Assembly: GCA_963762565.1 (NCBI GenBank)
Contig: CAVXLD010000001.1
Coordinates: 1,376,001-1,440,000, forward strand
Origin: an uncultured Verrucomicrobiae bacterium
GTDB taxonomy: Bacteria > Verrucomicrobiota > Verrucomicrobiia > Chthoniobacterales > JAFAMB01
Direction: 5' to 3'
DNA: 64,000 nt
Both the position numbers and the translations under genes were made by a program. How positions within the stretch are numbered: position 1 is the stretch's first letter; the number at the start of each line of letters is the position of its first letter. The notes under the pieces were generated by a model. The model ran no database searches and had not been told where the DNA came from. It saw only the letters and a program-made list of their open reading frames with translations. Below are positions 61,638-64,000 of the stretch, piece after piece.

Positions 61638-63323
61638 TTACTCTTTTGTCAGCTTTGCCTTGGCTAAAAGGTATTCGTTGTAAGTAGTCTGGTTGGTAGC
61701 AACGCATCGGGCGTAATAATCTGCGGCTTTTTCTCGATCCCCTGCCAGTTGGCGTTTAAGCCCGGCAAAAAACCATCCTTCGCATGTCTGTCCCCGAATA
61801 GCGACGCCGCTACGCCCGGTTTTGGCCGCTGCCAAGAGCGACGCCTCATCTGTCTTGTCCAGCAAGAAGGCCGCAATCGTCTTCAACCACAACTGAGAGT
61901 TACGTAACTGATTACTTTGGAGATAGTCGGTTAGGCGTTGGTTAGCTTCCGCGACCCGGTTTTGTTGGGCCAGAATCATCCAGAGATAGATTTGACCGTA
62001 GAAACGAACCCGATCGGTTTGCGCTCGCTCGAGCGCCTGTTTTAGGTCCGTGAATGCGCCATCCAAATTAGCGTCCGCTAACTTAATCACCGCCCGTCCA
62101 TTGTAGCCGACAGCATCCGTCGTATCGATTTTTACCGCGGCGTCATAATCTGCCAGCGCGCCGGTCAGATCTCCTTTAGCCCCTCGGAGAAAGCCGCGAT
62201 AACGGTAGCCGGCGGCCTGTTTTGGATCCAATTCGAGCGCTTTGTTGAAATCGCTCTCAGCTTGATCAAGGTCACCACGCCGAACCCGAATGGCCCCACG
62301 ATCCAAGTAAGCGGCCGCGGATTCGGGCCGCAACTGGACTTGAGCGTTCTCGTCGGTTAACGCGGCAGCGGTATCACCCAGGTCCCAGTCGGCAAACCCC
62401 CGCAGAGCGAGAGCGGAAGCGTCCTGTGGCTTAATCTGCAAGGCTCGATTGTAATCGGCGATCGCACCTGCCGAATCATAATTCTCGTGCTTAGCTCGGC
62501 CTCGCTGCACATACGCACTGGCCATCCGCGGATCGACTTTGATAACCTTTGTTAAGTCGGTCTGGGCTCCGTCGTAGTCCCCCACGTCCATCTTAGTAAT
62601 GCCCTCCCAGAAATAGAGGTTGGCCCGGCTTTTGATCAGATTTTGTTCGTGCTTATAACTATTCAGCGCACCGCTAAAATTCAGGACGAACACCTTATGT
62701 AATTCGTTGGTGTGCTCGGACTCAATCCATTTGTTCTGGAGTCTGATGGCTTCTTCGTAATCGGCCAGCGCCGCCGGGAACGCTTTCAGCAGCCGGTTTG
62801 CTCGGGCGCGTCTGATGAAGGCTTGATCAAACTGAGGGCTATATTCCACCGCTTTGGTATAGTCCTCAATAGCTCCCCGCAAGTCTTTGCGCTCTTGTTT
62901 CAGACTGCCGCGACTGACGTACGCGACGCCAAACTGCGGACTAATGTTGATCACTTTGTTGTAGTCGGCCAAAGCACCATCGAAATCGGACTGCGCTTGC
63001 TTTGCGCTACCTCTGCCTAGGTAGGCCATAAAAAATGACGGTGCTATCTGAATAGTTTTGTCGTAATCGGCGATGGCTCCAACCAAATCCGGTAGGCTCT
63101 GTTTAGCGTTGGCCCGACGATAATAAGCTGCCGCAAAGTCTTTGCGCAGCTCGATGGCTTTAGTGAAAAGATTGATGGCTCCGGCGAGATCGCCTCGAAC
63201 TTGGTGCGCAATGCCCCAACTGAAATAGTTATCCGCAGTTGCCGGAGGAAGGGGCCGGCTGCAAGCGATTGGCAAGAGCCCGAGCAAGAGGAAGAGAAAC
63301 CGCGAATGCACGCGAATGGACAC
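61638..63323 (-). CDS. Multi-TPR protein, probable lipoprotein
   Basis: About a dozen AY..RG...GAIADY.KAI TPR units; h-region FLFLLLGLLPIA-C; NlpI-like C-terminus (CEGWFFAG...EY..A). Confidence 0.88.
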   Translation of the reverse strand: MSIRVHSRFLFLLLGLLPIACSRPLPPATADNYFSWGIAHQVRGDLAGAINLFTKAIELRKDFAAAYYRRANAKQSLPDLVGAIADYDKTIQIAPSFFMAYLGRGSAKQAQSDFDGALADYNKVINISPQFGVAYVSRGSLKQERKDLRGAIEDYTKAVEYSPQFDQAFIRRARANRLLKAFPAALADYEEAIRLQNKWIESEHTNELHKVFVLNFSGALNSYKHEQNLIKSRANLYFWEGITKMDVGDYDGAQTDLTKVIKVDPRMASAYVQRGRAKHENYDSAGAIADYNRALQIKPQDASALALRGFADWDLGDTAAALTDENAQVQLRPESAAAYLDRGAIRVRRGDLDQAESDFNKALELDPKQAAGYRYRGFLRGAKGDLTGALADYDAAVKIDTTDAVGYNGRAVIKLADANLDGAFTDLKQALERAQTDRVRFYGQIYLWMILAQQNRVAEANQRLTDYLQSNQLRNSQLWLKTIAAFLLDKTDEASLLAAAKTGRSGVAIRGQTCEGWFFAGLKRQLAGDREKAADYYARCVATNQTTYNEYLLAKAKLTKE

Positions 63324-63727
63324 GAAGTTGAGTTACGCCGAACACATACAAACCACAACCGCAGATGGAAGCAGCCGTCGCTAAAGGTATGGCGGGAAAG
63401 CTGCAGATAAAATGATCCGCAGATTACACAGATTACGCAGATTACGATCTGGGAGCGAATGTAAGCGGTCAGGCTAGTGAGACCGCGTCCTCGTGTCGCG
63501 TTTCTCCGACCGCCGGTCGTATCAACACCCCAAACGAAATCTGCGTAATCTGCGTAATCTGCGGATATTAAGAACGCTTCCTCGGCTGCTCCACGGCGAG
63601 GCGCGATGCATGTCCCCGCAATAATTTCTATTCGCGTCCATTCGCGGCTTGCCTTTGTCTTTGGCTCCCTCTATCTGCGTAAATTTCACCCCGGAGAATT
63701 TCGGGGCTGCGTTCATCTGCGGTTGGT
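63300..63727. repeat. (CGCAGATTA)n / (CGCGAATG)n composite repeat region
   Basis: ccgcgaatgcacgcgaatgg; cgcagattacacagattacgcagatta; aatctgcgtaatctgcgtaatctgcgg; ttcgcgtccattcgcgg; catctgcggttgg. Confidence 0.85.
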
Positions 63728-63732
63728 CTCTC

Positions 63733-63999
63733 TCACATGGCCCAACGCGGCAGGGTCCGTGACGCATCGGCGAGCGCGCGGTCTAACTTGCGCCAGTTTG
63801 GTTCGAACCGTTCGACTAACTTCCAGAATCGAATGGAGTGATTCAGTTCCTTGGTATGGCAAAGTTCATGCAGCAGCACATAGGTGGCAATTTCCGGCGC
63901 CACGAATAATAGGCGAGCATTCAGACTAATATTTCCGCTTCTGGAACAACTGCCCCAACGAGTCTTTTGTAACCTTACCGTAAATCGAGAATAGGTGAG
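63733..63999 (-). CDS. YgjP/DUF45 (M48-like) metal-dependent hydrolase, C-terminal part (5' end outside the window)
   Basis: Manual translation: LTYSRFTVRLQKTRWGSCSRSGNISLNARLLFVAPEIATYVLLHELCHTKELNHSIRFWKLVERFEPNWRKLDRALADASRTLPRWAM*. Absent from the ORF track. Confidence 0.92.
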   Translation of the reverse strand, partial: LTYSRFTVRLQKTRWGSCSRSGNISLNARLLFVAPEIATYVLLHELCHTKELNHSIRFWKLVERFEPNWRKLDRALADASRTLPRWAM

Positions 64000-64000
64000 C

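Overview
Core-genome region of a GC-rich bacterium. The gene content and order (dnaK-groES-groEL, GYF_2/Yip1 and zinc-ribbon proteins, EF-P with a TPGNLR loop) suggest Verrucomicrobiota (Chthoniobacterales-like); this is inference. The window holds about 54 CDS, mostly housekeeping or metabolic: groEL (partial), groES, dnaK, rho, yebC, typA, rdgB, leuS, folP, accBC, thiE, fpg-like, nfo, kdsD, efp, pcaF, transporters, sugar enzymes, TPR proteins and a partial YgjP/M48 peptidase at the right edge that is absent from the ORF track. There is one tRNA-Ser(GGA). I found no CRISPR array, integrase, transposase or prophage. The unusual part is the intergenic DNA, which carries a layered repeat system. 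(i) Seven copies of a palindromic element; six are 210-280 bp, with fixed boxes separated by variable-sequence arms of nearly constant length (64-69 nt). (ii) Three copies of a second family with the same nested design. (iii) More than ten families of 6-9 nt tandem micro-repeats in inverted pairs, which wrap these elements and supply stop codons, and possibly one start codon, to neighbouring genes. Also notable: a sigma-54-type promoter architecture upstream of dnaK-groESL, an ECF42/DGPF module with its promoter and a frameshift, an Asr-like small secreted His-rich protein, and several enzymes with non-canonical catalytic motifs. All counts were made by eye.
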